Position numbers and translations under genes: made by a program. Below, in pieces: positions 12,049 to 25,079 of a DNA stretch of 64,000 nt. The notes under the pieces were generated by a model that saw only the letters and a list, made by a program, of their open reading frames with translations, did not search any database and was not told the origin of the DNA. Every line of letters starts with the position of its first letter. The first letter of the stretch is position 1. The DNA is from Euprymna scolopes (taxonomy: Eukaryota). The stretch lies in the NCBI GenBank assembly GCA_053919585.1, contig CM132796.1, one strand, 5' to 3'.

Positions 12049-13382
12049 AATCTATGTTTTTGCAACAATCCATAAAAAATTATTACGAACTTTTTAAATT
12101 GACTAAATAAAAAAATCAAATAAAAGACGTATATAAGTAAATAAATAGTCAGCAGTGAGTTTGTACCAGCGACCCAAGGGGAAAGGTCGGTTAGGTGATT
12201 GAGCAGAACGATGGTGAATTATCAGTGACAGTACAGCTGAGCAAAAGATCGAGACAGCGGTGAATTACTAGCGATAGTAATGGCCGAATCGACGTAATCA
12301 TGGTGACAAAGCGAACAACGCGGGCGTGCAACGAATGAAAACATTGCAAGGAATACAAACAGATTTGGTTGCTATATTAACCAACAACCAATAAAAAAAA
12401 CGTGTCTCCGTCCCTTACATATACTGAGAACTTTTGTACACCAGTAATTTTATTATAACTTTTTTTTTCTGAACGGAAATTGATTTTTTATTTCAAAATA
12501 TAACTGAGAAGTAGACCTATGCACGGTAATAATTGTTTGAAATTCGGTCGCAAAATGAATGAGCGGTGAAGCTTTAATGTAGTTCTAAATAAGTAAAAAT
12601 AACACTTAACCATGAATTAAAACACTGCCGTATTTGAATGATACATGCAGGACACAATTAATATTTCTACATTCTGTATATACGTCTTTATTATAAATAA
12701 GTCACTGTATCTATGCTACTAGACGAGTGACACAAGTAATAAATACAAACATGCATAGATACAAGAAACACACTCATATACAGACAACCACCGACTACAT
12801 CTAAATTAGTCATCTCCCTATCTCGGCTTATTATTTTCCTTTAGTTTCATATATATGATCTCTATCCATATATTGTATCTATCTCTATTCTATTTATCTA
12901 TATCTGTATCTGCCTTTATATTTATCTCTATGTATCGATCTGATATTATGATCTATCCTATTCCATCACTACAGGGATACGTCCCGACACTATGAATAAT
13001 TATACTGGTTGTGATAAAGAGTTGCTACAAAAAGTAGTCTCTAAAAACATATTTTACTTTTGTATTTTCTGTAAATACATACACCATTGTCTCCTTTAGT
13101 TTCGGCCCTTTAATGCCNNNNNNNNNNNNNNNNNNNNNNNNNNNNNNNNNNNNNNNNNNNNNNNNNNNNNNNNNNNNNNNNNNNNNNNNNNNNNNNNNNN
13201 NNNNNNNNNNNNNNNNNNNNNNNNNNNNNNNNNNNNNNNNNNNNNNNNNNNNNNNNNNNNNNNNNTTGGCTGAAAAATGCGAAGCTCGTTGTTTGTTTGT
13301 TTAAAAAAAGGCGATTTGAGCACTATAAAAGTGGTGGCGGGTGTCTATTTAAATAGACATTCCGACGAGTTATTTACGGGCG

Positions 13383-13514
13383 TCGCTTCCACGGTCGAGT
13401 GGGAGAACTGCCGATTGTCAACACGACGGTTCTAGGTTCAATCCTTGGCTTGGGAGAGATGCTAGTCCAGCGGAACAGATGAGTTGTGATACAACGAAAC
13501 AGGAATGTATGTCG
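13383..13514 (+). mobile_element. tRNA-derived Pol III head fused to a hammerhead ribozyme (retrozyme/SINE-like)
   Basis: A box CGGTCGAGTGG (13392), B box GGTTCAATCC (13435), then CGGAA-CAGATGA-GTTG-TGATA-CAAC-GAAA-CA-GGAA-TG-TA-TGTCG (13471-13514; U4>A core change); (TA)n(GA)n follows; TTGAGCACT lies upstream at ~13316. Confidence 0.75.
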
Positions 13515-13517
13515 ATG

Positions 13518-13594
<77 letters not shown>

Positions 13595-13699
13595 AATGAC
13601 CAAAAAGTTATATTCCAAAATCCATGATGTTGACCATCTTATAATTGATTCCTTTAATTCAGTTGACTTATACAATTCTTGTTTCGTAGCGCAAAATCA

Positions 13700-13747
<48 letters not shown>

Positions 13748-14849
13748 TCAGCGGTCATCCTTTTCATAAAGATGGACTAGCTTGACCGTTAAACACAAGA
13801 TTCAAGCAAGCAAACAACGACCCACATAGATGTATTATCTATATATCTCTAAAAGTGAGAATGTGTGTGAGGACACTTCTCAACCTATATACTCAAGAAA
13901 TCTTTGATCTATAGACTTGAAATTTGGTATATAGGGGATTCAAATATGTGGAAAACATTTTAATTTGGCTTTTCATCCGGAAAAATGGCTGCAAAGAGGA
14001 CAAAATTTTAAAATTGGTACGTTGAGGGGCATCGAACTGTAATCTGTTTGCTAACTCTTTCACGAATGCGCATACGTGACTGGTTCAAATTACAGAGTTC
14101 TTATGTTAAGTATAAGTACGTTAAGAAACACTTTCCAACGATGATGTTAAATCAACGTGATATTAGTTTCAGAAGGTTGGAGACAGAAATATATATGTCC
14201 GATGTTATTGACGCTTGTTGTAAAGTCTGAAATCGATGTGTTTGTGGTGTTGTAGCGAATTTTGAATAGAAAGAGTTCGGTCCGATCTTTGAAAACATTA
14301 TTTAATGATGTTGCTTTGAAAATTTTAGAAAAGCAAATAATGTTTTTTCGTTCTTTCTTTAGATTTTCAAGTGTATGACTTTTTGGTTTCTTATATTTTA
14401 TTATCAATTTATTAGTGGTATAAAATATTCGAATTCAGCTCTTTGTTTAATCATACTTACTCAAAAAAGGCCGACTGTCATTGGGAAGTAAGGACTATCG
14501 TGATTAGGGTTCATGTCTATAGAGGCACAATAGGGAGTTGGGTAGCGATGTTTCTGTTCATATTCCACTTAAACTTTTGCATATAATATAGTTGGTTAAG
14601 CAGAATACAATAATGGTATTTCAAACTGCAGCACTTCGAAGGAAGAAACTCTGAGAGTGAAAAAATTCTCTGGAGCACATTTCAGTTTGACGAGTTCGTT
14701 GGAGCACATTCTGCAAATGTAAAACAAACACAGGTATAGAAACATTGAGATGATGGGAAGAGAGTTTGTTTACAGTGCATCGGAACCTTCCCTTTTTACC
14801 CTCTCCAATAGAGAGAGACTAGTGTTGGAAACACGGCCTAGATATGACA

Positions 14850-15700
14850 ACAATATTGCATATTACCGTCTTTGTAAGAATATGGGATACTGTCAAAGGT
14901 TAGTATTTTTCCAGAGCGGAGCAGGAAGCCTATCATCTATGCAGCAGTCTTTGCAATATCTTCTATGCATTCGTTCTAATTCCTGTTTCCTGTGAATGTT
15001 AGGTAGGCGAGTGGATGAAGCTTAAAGCTAGCGTGTTATTATCTGCGGCAATCCGTAGCTGGAAAGGTTCTTGTAAGTGTTGAAGGAAAAAGACTTTGTC
15101 TAAGTTGCATTAAATATTAACATTTTTGTCCTTATCCTACTAGAGACTTCAGGTCATTTACTAAGGTTTCAGATATTGTCTTGAATATGTAGACATGTAT
15201 TTAACGTACATTTCTGATACGGAGCGTCGTATTATCTGCAAATGCACCCATCTTGGACCTGATTTTATCAGGGGTGTTGTTTATGAATATTAGCTAAAAT
15301 TATGGTGTAAGATCTACCTCTGAGACTCATTAATGTCATGTTGTCTCTATGTATAGCCATCGTTTTACATTGGCATTGCTAAAGAATATTGGATCTTTTT
15401 TAACTCCTCATATTTATTATTATTAATTTGATTAACTGATGCGACACACGTCTTTATTAATACATATGGTATCCTCCCGATATTTTCTTTTCTCTTAAGT
15501 ACTATGAGAAATCTATTTAACCGCCGGTTGTCAGTGCTGAGGGTCAAACGTCTAAATTCCGGAGATTGAACGTTTAAACTCCCAAGCCTAGAATTCTCAG
15601 GCAACATGTCTGGATATAATCCACAGAAAATGGTGTCAAGTGCGCTGGCCATAATGTAGGCTTCCTCTATCGGTCTAGAAAATTTAGCATTCTAACTAAA
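14850..15700 (-). mobile_element. Old, heavily decayed LINE (family B-like) RT fragment
   Basis: Minus-strand remnants FTGN..IEDIAKTAA and FADNTT; similar to 25700-26100 and 58500-58900. Confidence 0.55.
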
Positions 15701-17792
15701 TAGGTCCTGAGCTATCTGTTTAGTTCTGGCCACTGTCGCGTCGACCCAGTATTTCATCGCGTTCCATATTTTACAAATACTACAGCTAAATGCGTTCTGA
15801 AAAATTCACAAAACTTTTACCCGCTCAATGAAAGTACCTTCGGTTTCAGCAACTAGTACCAAATTCCACTCCTTTATTGTAGCGATTCGTATATATTTAA
15901 AGGTGTTCTTGTTTTATAGTTTCTTTTCTTGGATAATGTTCCTTTGGAGTTCAATTAATTTTCTTTTTTTCACGACCGTATTAAGAAACAGGAATTTAAA
16001 TGGAATATGGACAGAAAATTACTGCTGAACTCCCAGCTAGGTTGACACTTATACACCTCATTCTGGCACAATAACAACTTGCGCTTTATCTGCTATCCTT
16101 GGGACAATGAAAAGTGTTGAGAAGTTGGAAACTGACTTGGAAAACATGGGCAGGTCGAACATTAACAATGCCGTTTATATTATACCGTCAGCAATTCAGC
16201 GACCGTTATTGAATTATCAGTTTACGGGGTTGAATAATAGGAACTATGTCTAGATATTTACTACAGAGTATTCACAAAGATTAAGACCCCGAATTTCCTG
16301 CATGCTCCACAACTGTCAAATATTGACCTCTGCTAAAATCCAATTATGCTAAACAAGCCTTCTTCTCTTACCTGTGATCTGTTCTTACTAAAAATACAAA
16401 TATTTGATTCATTTATATATTTGGATACCTTTTTTAAATTTTTTATTTTAAAAATAGAGGCTTATAATGTGTGCACATTTGATAGAGCCGATTTTTTACA
16501 GAATAAGCAACAAGTTTAACCGATTATATCCAAAACAGATTTCCGGAACCAGCCGGAGGGAAACGAAGCGATTTCCGAAACAGAAGCCACGAAATAAATG
16601 TGTGGCAGACGACGGCTAAAGGCAACGAATGAAATAAAAATGAATTTAACCGCGTTAAAACAGTAATACAATACATTTAATACAATCACAAACTATTTTT
16701 TAATCGCAATACTCATGTATCCCACCTAAACTGAATATTAACTCATTTACTAATTAACTGTTTTCCTACTCACGAGATCCTTCAAATAACAAGAACAAAA
16801 AAGGATAGGTTTTAAGTTTGAGTATTATATCCATTACACGTACTTATCTCATTTACGATCTAATCTCTGGCAATTTACCGTCGTTATTTTCAGGCAATTT
16901 AATACTTCATTGTAATACAGATCGTATTTCAGTAGGCTATATTAACGATGTACACCGGTGCGAAACTCTCTTCCTGCTTACGGTATCCTTCTACCTACAG
17001 TTTTTGACTTTTCAGGACTAAAGTCAATAGGTATCTCATGTTTTTGCGATAATCATCGCTCGTTCTTGTTAGCTCCTTACATTAATGAGTTTCAAGCCTT
17101 TCTCCAAACGAATACATCCTGTAGTATATAAAACGATTATTTGAGAATACGAGGAAATGAAGGTTGCTTTCTAAACTAGAGGTCAATATTACAAGGCCTA
17201 AGAAAATTATAGAAACATATATGAGGTGACATAGCTCAAGGTGATCGTGAAGGAACAAAACAGTGTTCTTGTGAAGCACGCCACGTGTAAACGTTAAATA
17301 GAAATACGCCGACAAAATATACTTAAACAGTGATTATAGATTATTAGTGATTTGGAACGAAGATCAAATCGAATGAATCTTCTCCCCCTGTTTCCTTAGT
17401 ATTATCTTGATTTAATATTTTTAAAACAATAAGGAGCTTTGATTTCAAGACAAGTTTTTAATCTGAGAGGATCACAAAGCTCAACTATGGAAAAGGGTAG
17501 TAATATTTATTTTGAAATATTAGTTTTTGTAATAATGATGTAAACTTTTTGTTGCATGTATGGCACAAGCTTTAAATGGAACCCAATTATTAGTTTACAA
17601 ATGTTTTATGCTAATATTAGGAACCTGCTGATAAAATGATTTCCAAGGTTTGTCCACAGATGTCAAGCGATGAACTCGAAAGGCGTCATTTTATAATCAA
17701 TGTTCTTCTGGGGCATACTGACATTCTTACTTTAATAATTAAGCAAATATCAAGACGCACAAAATTTCTCAATGTCTCATCCATAAATTGAT

Positions 17793-19080
17793 TGGTTGAT
17801 TAGTTGTTTTTGTTTTACGGCATATCAACCCTTTTCAGGTTATTTAATGCCGAATCCAAAGATTTTGAAGAAAATATTTTAATAGAATATATTTTTTGTT
17901 TTCAAGTCGGTTTCTATTTAACCCATAGTTGGGACCCTAACGGGTACTACCACTCCTAGTCAGAGTGGACCTGGGAGCAATGGCAATTAAAGGGTGGCTC
18001 TGTTATATAGTTATACATTTCAATGTGTTCTTATTAGTAAGGATAATGTATGTTCTTTTGTTTACATGTTATAAAGGATATGAGTCTTTAGCGAGATGAG
18101 TCTTGTTGTTGTATCTTAGAGAGAGTCTTATTAGAAAGGCTTTTATTAAGATGTTGAAAGACTCAGAGAGAGAGAGAGAGATGTTGTTGTAAGAGACTTA
18201 GAGAGAGAGATTGTTCATGTTATGATTCTTATATATTAAATGTTCATTCCTTAATTGTGTTTATGGAAGAAGAAGAAGAAGAAGAAGAAGAAGAAGAAGA
18301 AGAAGGGGAAGCTCTTTGAGTGAAGGGGATAGTGTTCAGACAGTCTTGGTGTAGATATGAGATGTGGAGACGTGTATGTAATGACATTTTATAACACAGA
18401 TATATAATACAATTTTCACTTTACCTTTTTGTAAGAATCATAAGACAAGACGACGTTTTATAAAACACACGATTGCTTATTTCGTCACGACCGGCCGTGG
18501 TTTCCATCATCAAGAATTCAAAGCTTCACACTTTAGTTTCAAAGTGATCGTCTCGCTTCCTAGACGTTCGAATTCCCAGACCCTCTCTGAGTTTCTCACT
18601 GGCTGACTAACTGACCAACTCTCACTTCCTATATTGAGAAATCCATGCATGTCCGGCCAACGTGACTAAAATTCACGTGCCCTCAACATGCGTGGACTTG
18701 CACGTTTCCAATATTATGATTTCCCAATAACCTATTTTTCTTTTGTTGTTTTCACAAAAGAATTCAACCTACATATCTATATTATTTAACCCATATTTTA
18801 TTATCCAGATTCTTTCTAACAATTGAATAGTTTATTTATTATTTATTTCATCAGAATTAACAATTTACTAGACATTCCATTTAAACCTATTGTTCTTTAA
18901 AACTTATGTCCAGGGTTCGATTTCTGCTTTCTCTCACTTTATTTTCATTTTAACTAATCTCTCTATTTTTATACTTACATGAAAAGGGGACAACCCTTAT
19001 CATGTAACAGCTCCACACTCCCCCAAGTCCGAAAGCGGGGGCCTCACCACTGGATATAGTTTAAGGTCATATCCAGGACC
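17793..19080 (-). mobile_element. SINE-like element, split by a solo LTR
   Basis: Flanked by a 12-bp TSD CCATAA(A/T)TTGAT (17781-17792 and 19081-19092); the two halves rejoin across the LTR at GCTC; a (TTGG/TTGA)-like simple tail on the left suggests minus orientation. Confidence 0.65.
18001..19009. mobile_element. Solo LTR (Gypsy-type), 1009 bp
   Basis: Termini TGTTATAT...ATGTAACA and an exact 4-bp TSD GCTC on both sides. Confidence 0.85.
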
Positions 19081-19126
19081 CCATAATTTGATAGAGCACT
19101 TCATATGAATATAGAGATATATTAAA

Positions 19127-19616
19127 CTAGCAGGCCACCCGATGTTTCCCGGTCGTAAAATAGTCATAAATCTTATATTTTAATTGATGCAAGATTCTTA
19201 TTTATAGAGCCAATCCTCTATTGATAATTATCCAATATATAGCAATAATTTCAAAAGTTATAAAAAGTATGACTCGGATACTATCCACTAGAATCGAAAA
19301 GAGAACGTTTAGTGCTCCAGCCGAAGTAGTTGCTACCGTTTGACCTACTGACAGATGGATACGAAAGGTTAAAAAGTAAACGACTTTGAGCTATGAATGT
19401 TTAATTTTGTGCACGTGAAAAGGAAGCAGCAGGCGTAATTTTATTCGAGTTACCCTGCCAATATTTGTGTCGGCTAAAAACCAAATTAAAAGTTTGCCAC
19501 ACGTCCAAATACCCTATATATCATATTTCAACTCTGTCGACCAGATATTCAGAGAGGAGAATGGTAGAGACTTCTCTCACAAACACCGACAAGGTGTTTT
19601 AATATAAATTCGCAGA
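19127..19616 (-). mobile_element. Non-autonomous Helitron
   Basis: A|CTAG plus hairpin ACCCGATGTTTCCCGG at the left end; homologous to 53211-53704 and 44120-44330. Confidence 0.65.
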
Positions 19617-19689
19617 ATATTGTGATAATAGATCCACATAATATTGTGATAAGTGTTTCAGTGTGAACAGGCATGGTATAATAAATTAT

Positions 19690-19839
19690 GGGTCATCTAT
19701 TTTATTTTTACTTTCATCATATTTTGCTTTCTCTTTTCAACCCTTCCTGTTCAGAACCTATCATACTTTCATAAATCAGAGTCCATTTTCTGTAGGTTTT
19801 TTTTTTTTTTGCACCCAGTCAACAACGGGTACTTTTGCT

Positions 19840-19842
<3 letters not shown>
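19690..19842 (+). mobile_element. Helitron 3' fragment (second copy at 10745-10900)
   Basis: Shared CTTTCATCATATTTTGC...CCATTTTCTGTAGG...CCC.GTC.AC.ACGGGTACTT..GC..GT ending, followed by (TA)n(GA)n in both copies. Confidence 0.6.
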
Positions 19843-19928
<86 letters not shown>

Positions 19929-22093
19929 AGAGGGAGAGACAGAAAGAGTGGATGAACGGTTAGATGAGATAAGGAAATAAGTCATCGGTACCATCGGTAC
20001 CATCGGTTTCAGACCTTATCACAGAGGACCGTTTTAGATACCCACATCAAGCTCNNNNNNNNNNNNNNNNNNNNNNNNNNNNNNNNNNNNNNNNNNNNNN
20101 NNNNNNNNNNNNNNNNNNNNNNNNNNNNNNNNNNNNNNNNNNNNNNNNNNNNNNNNNNNNNNNNNNNNNNNNNNNNNNNNNNNNNNNNNNNNNNNNNNNN
20201 NNNNNNNNNNNNNNNNNNNNNNNNNNNNNNNNNNGCTATCATTTTAAATTCTGCGCAATTATGCAGTATTTAGAAACTATACATATATAGAATTCTGCGT
20301 AACAATAAAAAAAACGCATCATCTAATAAGAAACCATAGAAAATGAATAATTAATTAATTTACGCTCGTTTTTCAAAGGAATATGAAAATTAGTTAACCT
20401 CCGTGCAGCCGTTCGCATATCCATGACAGATTATTTTAAAAAGTTTATTTTAATAATTTTTAAATAGAAAAAGCAGGCTTTTAATATCAGTGTCAGAGTG
20501 AGAAAAACCTGACTTTTAAGTGTATGCATAAGCTAAGAAATTGTTGTTGTTGTTGTTGTTGCTGCTGCTGCTGCGTCAAATACTACATGTTTCCTGTAAT
20601 ATTCTGAATATATCTATTCCGATTACCGGTTTATTAATTGTAACTATGTTCCACGCTTAAGTGTGACAGACCGACTGTGTAAGTGACCGACGGAATTTCT
20701 TATAGAAATGCATAGACGCACCAAAGATCAAACGAAAGAAAGATTAAAAATGTGTATTTATTAGACTTGCTGGTTCTATTTTAAACACATGAATGCACAA
20801 TTGAACTTCTGAACAACCCAATGCTTTTCTCTTTACTAAATAATATTTCATAAAAATAAAACACAATTCTGAAGCGAAAATACATCAAAGACGCTTAAGA
20901 TGATTAAAAATGATAATAGAATTTGTGGTTATGTTTTTTTTTTTCATTCCAAATGTCTTGGAGCAAAACGCTGCTGCCTTGAATTCGATTGTTTTCATTT
21001 CGCAATGAAAATTTAAAGTGCCGCTAAACATTTGATTTTTTTTAATAAAATCGGGAAATAATTTAATCGTAATCAGATTAATTTGTGCAATTATATGCCT
21101 TATGTATATTTTATTGATGCGAATCGTATTAAATGAGTTTTCTGATGATATGACGTAATGAAGTCAATAGAAAATGATAAATTAATAGATTTGGACAATT
21201 AAAAAGGGAATACAATTGGTATTGACACGTAATTCTTGTTGCCATTTGGGTTAAATAGATTTGGAGTGCTCAGAGATAAAAACGTATTTTAATAATACTA
21301 AGATTCATGGGAACTATCGGGCCAAATTCTACTTTTAAGACCTTGATATTAAACACAAGCAAAGGATCCCTATGCTAATAACATTTGTAAATCCAATGAG
21401 ACATTTGCTCGTAAATTTTTATCAACATTTCTTCTGCAGTAAACCCGGGTATAAGAGAGCTGTCGGTACCAGAGAAGAATTTTCTTATATCTAGATTACA
21501 CTGGATATTAAATATTAAATTGTTTTAACGTCGCCAATACGCAGTGCAAGCAACATCTATTATTTGGGACTATTAAAGATTAATTTCTATCGTTGTTGAT
21601 AATGTTTACCATCTAATTATTTATTATTTATTTATTATCGCATATATCTAAATTAATGTTTTGAAAAATGACATCCATCATAAATCTATAATGAAACCCC
21701 AAATCGATAATTAATTTGTTAAAGCAATATTTTACTCTCTATTAGAAAGTCAAATAGATCCGTTTGTAGAACTTACGACTGAAGACTGCAATGGATTTGG
21801 TTTCGATTTCCGGTCATTACGTCCACATTGTTAGGAATTTATTAGTTATTATTAATGTAATGTATTCAATTTCTAAAAGTAGTTACGATTTCTGAGGTTT
21901 TGGAAAGAAACAAGTTCCGCAATACATTTATTACGTTTTTAAATGATACAGACAAACACATAACACGTTTATTTATGCCACGTACCAGGAGGATCAGTGA
22001 AACCGTAAAGCTATTCAAGGTAATTTATTTACTCACACTGACTCTATGATCTGGCGAAGCGTGAGCGGAAAACATTCAAAATTGATTTTGAAG

Positions 22094-22540
22094 TCTTATA
22101 TATTAAAGGCTATATGTCTGTTTGTTTGTCGGTCTCTATATTTTCAAATTTTATCCCTCCCGAAACTAAAAGTTGCAGAGAGGCGCTAAGGGCCTCAAAT
22201 GATTGTATTTTTTATGGGCCGTTCTCTTATAGATCTTTAGCCAGTTCAAATAGTTTATAATGGGTCAAAATTGAAAAGCAATCGTTATACATTTTGTACA
22301 TTCATTTTAGTTCACTTTTTTTTTATTCTTAATCAGTTCATGTGCATGTCACGGCAACGTCACTATCTTTGAATGTTGCTGTTTTGCTTTTGGTTTCGAT
22401 TCCAGCTGATGGCACTCAAATACTTTTTTTTTTAACTTTTGAAATCACGTGTTTATAATAATATAATCGATACCCGGACAGATTAAAATATCATATTTAA
22501 GCTTATTTTACTACCGGTGGCAAAGCCCCCCCCCCGCTAG
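22094..22540 (+). mobile_element. Non-autonomous Helitron
   Basis: 5' TCTTATATATTAAAG then (TTTG)n-like; 3' CCGGTGGCAAAGCC...GCTAG|T; paralog at 23470-23890. Confidence 0.7.
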
Positions 22541-23469
22541 TCTAAAATAAACTGTTTAGTTACTTTTGGTCAAAACTACTAGTAAAACGTAAAACTAATT
22601 AAATATGTTCAAAATAGTTTAAAACAAAGAATTTTTGTATATCATTCTGATAGATTTCTAAAATGTTAATTACCTAACTATACGACACATTAGTCTATCA
22701 AAACAAAAACATCCACTTCTGTATTGGTTAAACAAACATTTTTCTACCAAATATTTTCCCGTATTTTTCGTGGCCGCTCAAGTGATAAAATATGTAAAAT
22801 TACTTTCGATATTGCTTTCAGTCTCAAATTATATAAATAAAAAATATCCTCTGTTCTCTAAGATTAAACGCGATTAATCAATATCACCAGTATATGAATA
22901 TTTAGCGTATTATGTAATACGTATTAAGATATCTTTACAGACATATATATCTCTATTTATATCAACTTAGAAATGCGTATATGTTAATATGCATGATTCA
23001 CTTCTAAACTAATTAATCAATTATTATAAGTTTTGGAATATAAATGTAATGTGCGAGGGTTTGTAAAGTTGCCTATATTTGTTTTATTTTAGTTTTATGC
23101 AAAGAGTAAAAAAAAAGAGGGATGAAATCTTTTTATGAAAAATTAGATACTTCCGGCTGCTTTATTTTTTTATTTATTCTGATAATTGTTATTCGAATCC
23201 ATAAATTCGAACGTACATTAAATATTTCAAATGCTTTTTTGTGGGGCATAGTATTTGCATAACCCGATTCAAAAATGCAAATATTTCAGATCTGCATTAA
23301 ATTTTATTACAGTCATTAGAAACCAAGTAAAAATAAAATTCGTGTGTTAGAATTTATTCTTAAGATGGTTTTGCCTAAGGCATTAAAGTTTGGACATTTT
23401 TAGAAATCAAGATTTTAATAATCTTATTTATAAAACTCAGTAATAATTATGATAATAATTTATAAAATT

Positions 23470-23890
23470 CTATATTTTCAAACTGTATCTATACCGAAAC
23501 TAAAATTCGCAGAGCAGTGCTAAGGGCCTAAATTATTGTATTTTTATGGACCGTTCTTCTATTGTTCTTTAGTCATTTTCAATATTTTTTAAGGCATCAA
23601 ACAGGGGCTAAAATGGAAAATCTCGTTATACATGTTATACATTCTTCTTAGTTTATTTTAATCAATTCATATGCATGTGACGTTGTAAAGTGGTAACGTT
23701 ACCAGCTTTGAATGCTACAGTTTTGCTTTCAGTTTTGATTCTTGCTGATTGCACGCAAATACTTTTTTTATTTTGTAAATCACGACTCTGTAATGATATA
23801 TACGAAATCTGGAAAAATCAAAATATCATATTTAAGCGTATTTTACGATCGGGAAAGGCCGGGCAAAGCTGGAAGCCCCTCCTCCGTTAG
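23470..23890 (+). mobile_element. Non-autonomous Helitron (paralog of 22094-22540)
   Basis: Colinear similarity (CCGAAACTAAAA..GCAGAG..GCTAAGGGCC); 3' GCCGGGCAAAGCTGG...GTTAG|T. Confidence 0.65.
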
Positions 23891-24021
23891 TAGATATTAA
23901 ATAGATTTTAATTTAAAATGGAGCAAGGATTCTAAACATGATGCTCAGTAGAATTATATACTGCTAATGAGACAGTTTATGATGCAAAACCTATCACTTG
24001 GACTGATATTCTTCTAGTAAA

Positions 24022-24650
24022 TCTATGTATAAAATTTAGAAACCAAACACGGATGTTTGTTTTATCTATATATTGTTTACTTATATATTAATACTATAGC
24101 GTATGTATTATTTTGTGCATCAAGCTTACATCTTTTTTCTTTCGAGTGACTCTCGTTTCATTGTTATGACCTTCCACTTCTTGTAATAATGTTAATTTTA
24201 CCACGCATTCTTCATAAACTGTTTCCGATTCTATTATAGCAAATAGCACTCAAGTCATCTATATTTTCTAAATATTGTCACCAAAAATTCTTCATAACTT
24301 TTGGTTTCGCTTTCTATTATAGCTGATGGCACCCAAGATATCTATTTTTAAAAATAATTTTACCAAAGAATTCTTCATAAGTTTTTGTTTCAGTTTCGAT
24401 TACAGCTAAAGGAACTCAATTTATATATATACATATATATTTTTTCTTCATATGTTTTGGTTTCGGTTTCGATTCAAGCTGATGCACTCAAATATACGGA
24501 TATATTTTTATTTATTTATGAAATACGAACTTTATAATGCATAAAAGCGATAGGTAATTGACTCTATTACGATATATATGAAATCTGTATGAATTAAAAT
24601 GCTATGTTAAGCGTATTTTACGAACAGGCTACGCTAGGCGCCAGTGCTAG
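24022..24650 (+). mobile_element. Non-autonomous Helitron with internal ~80-bp minisatellite
   Basis: A|TCTATGTATAAAA start; four units of TTCTTCAT..TTTTGGTTTC..TTTCGATT..AGCTGATGGCACTCAA; CTAG end. Confidence 0.65.
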
Positions 24651-25079
24651 CTTAGATAAATACTTTTGCTGTTTTACCAAAAGAGCTACAATAATATCAC
24701 GGTGTTTCCATTCATTATGAACACCCACGGAAAGCCAACGTCAATAAATTACGTATCAAAGAGTTCGCTGTCGAATTTCCACATCTGCTTCTAGTAAATA
24801 TTTATTTTAGGATTTACAATTGTCATCGTACCGCCTTAGTTACAAATGTGTGTTTTCTTCTATTTTTATTCTTTCTACATGCCGAAGGCATTTTTTTTAT
24901 AAATTGAAAGTACCTGCCTGAAGTTAAGTGCTCGTGATCGGTATGTGGGTTTTACACGATGGACGACCTATAAGAAATTATAATTGAAGTTACTATGAAT
25001 TTAATGACCAAACAACGAGCTTTACAAATAAAACATTTAATTCAGAGTTCTTAATTGCCAGTCTAACCACCTTAATTGT

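Noticed and set aside
11457-12419. Solo LTR ending CCCTTACA with upstream AATAAA
   Set aside because: No matching 5' terminus or TSD identified.
21142-21165. CTGATGA as HHR core (also 33435, 45521 and reverse hits at 40339, 51299)
   Set aside because: No stem II followed by GAAA and no NUH/stem I arrangement.
24205-24500. CRISPR-like repeat-spacer array
   Set aside because: Units are degenerate, the 'spacers' resemble each other, the array lies within a Helitron in eukaryotic DNA, and there are no cas genes.
24915-24975. Second 5S-derived fragment
   Set aside because: Only CTGAAGTTAAG and GATGG..GACC resemble 5S; too little to support.
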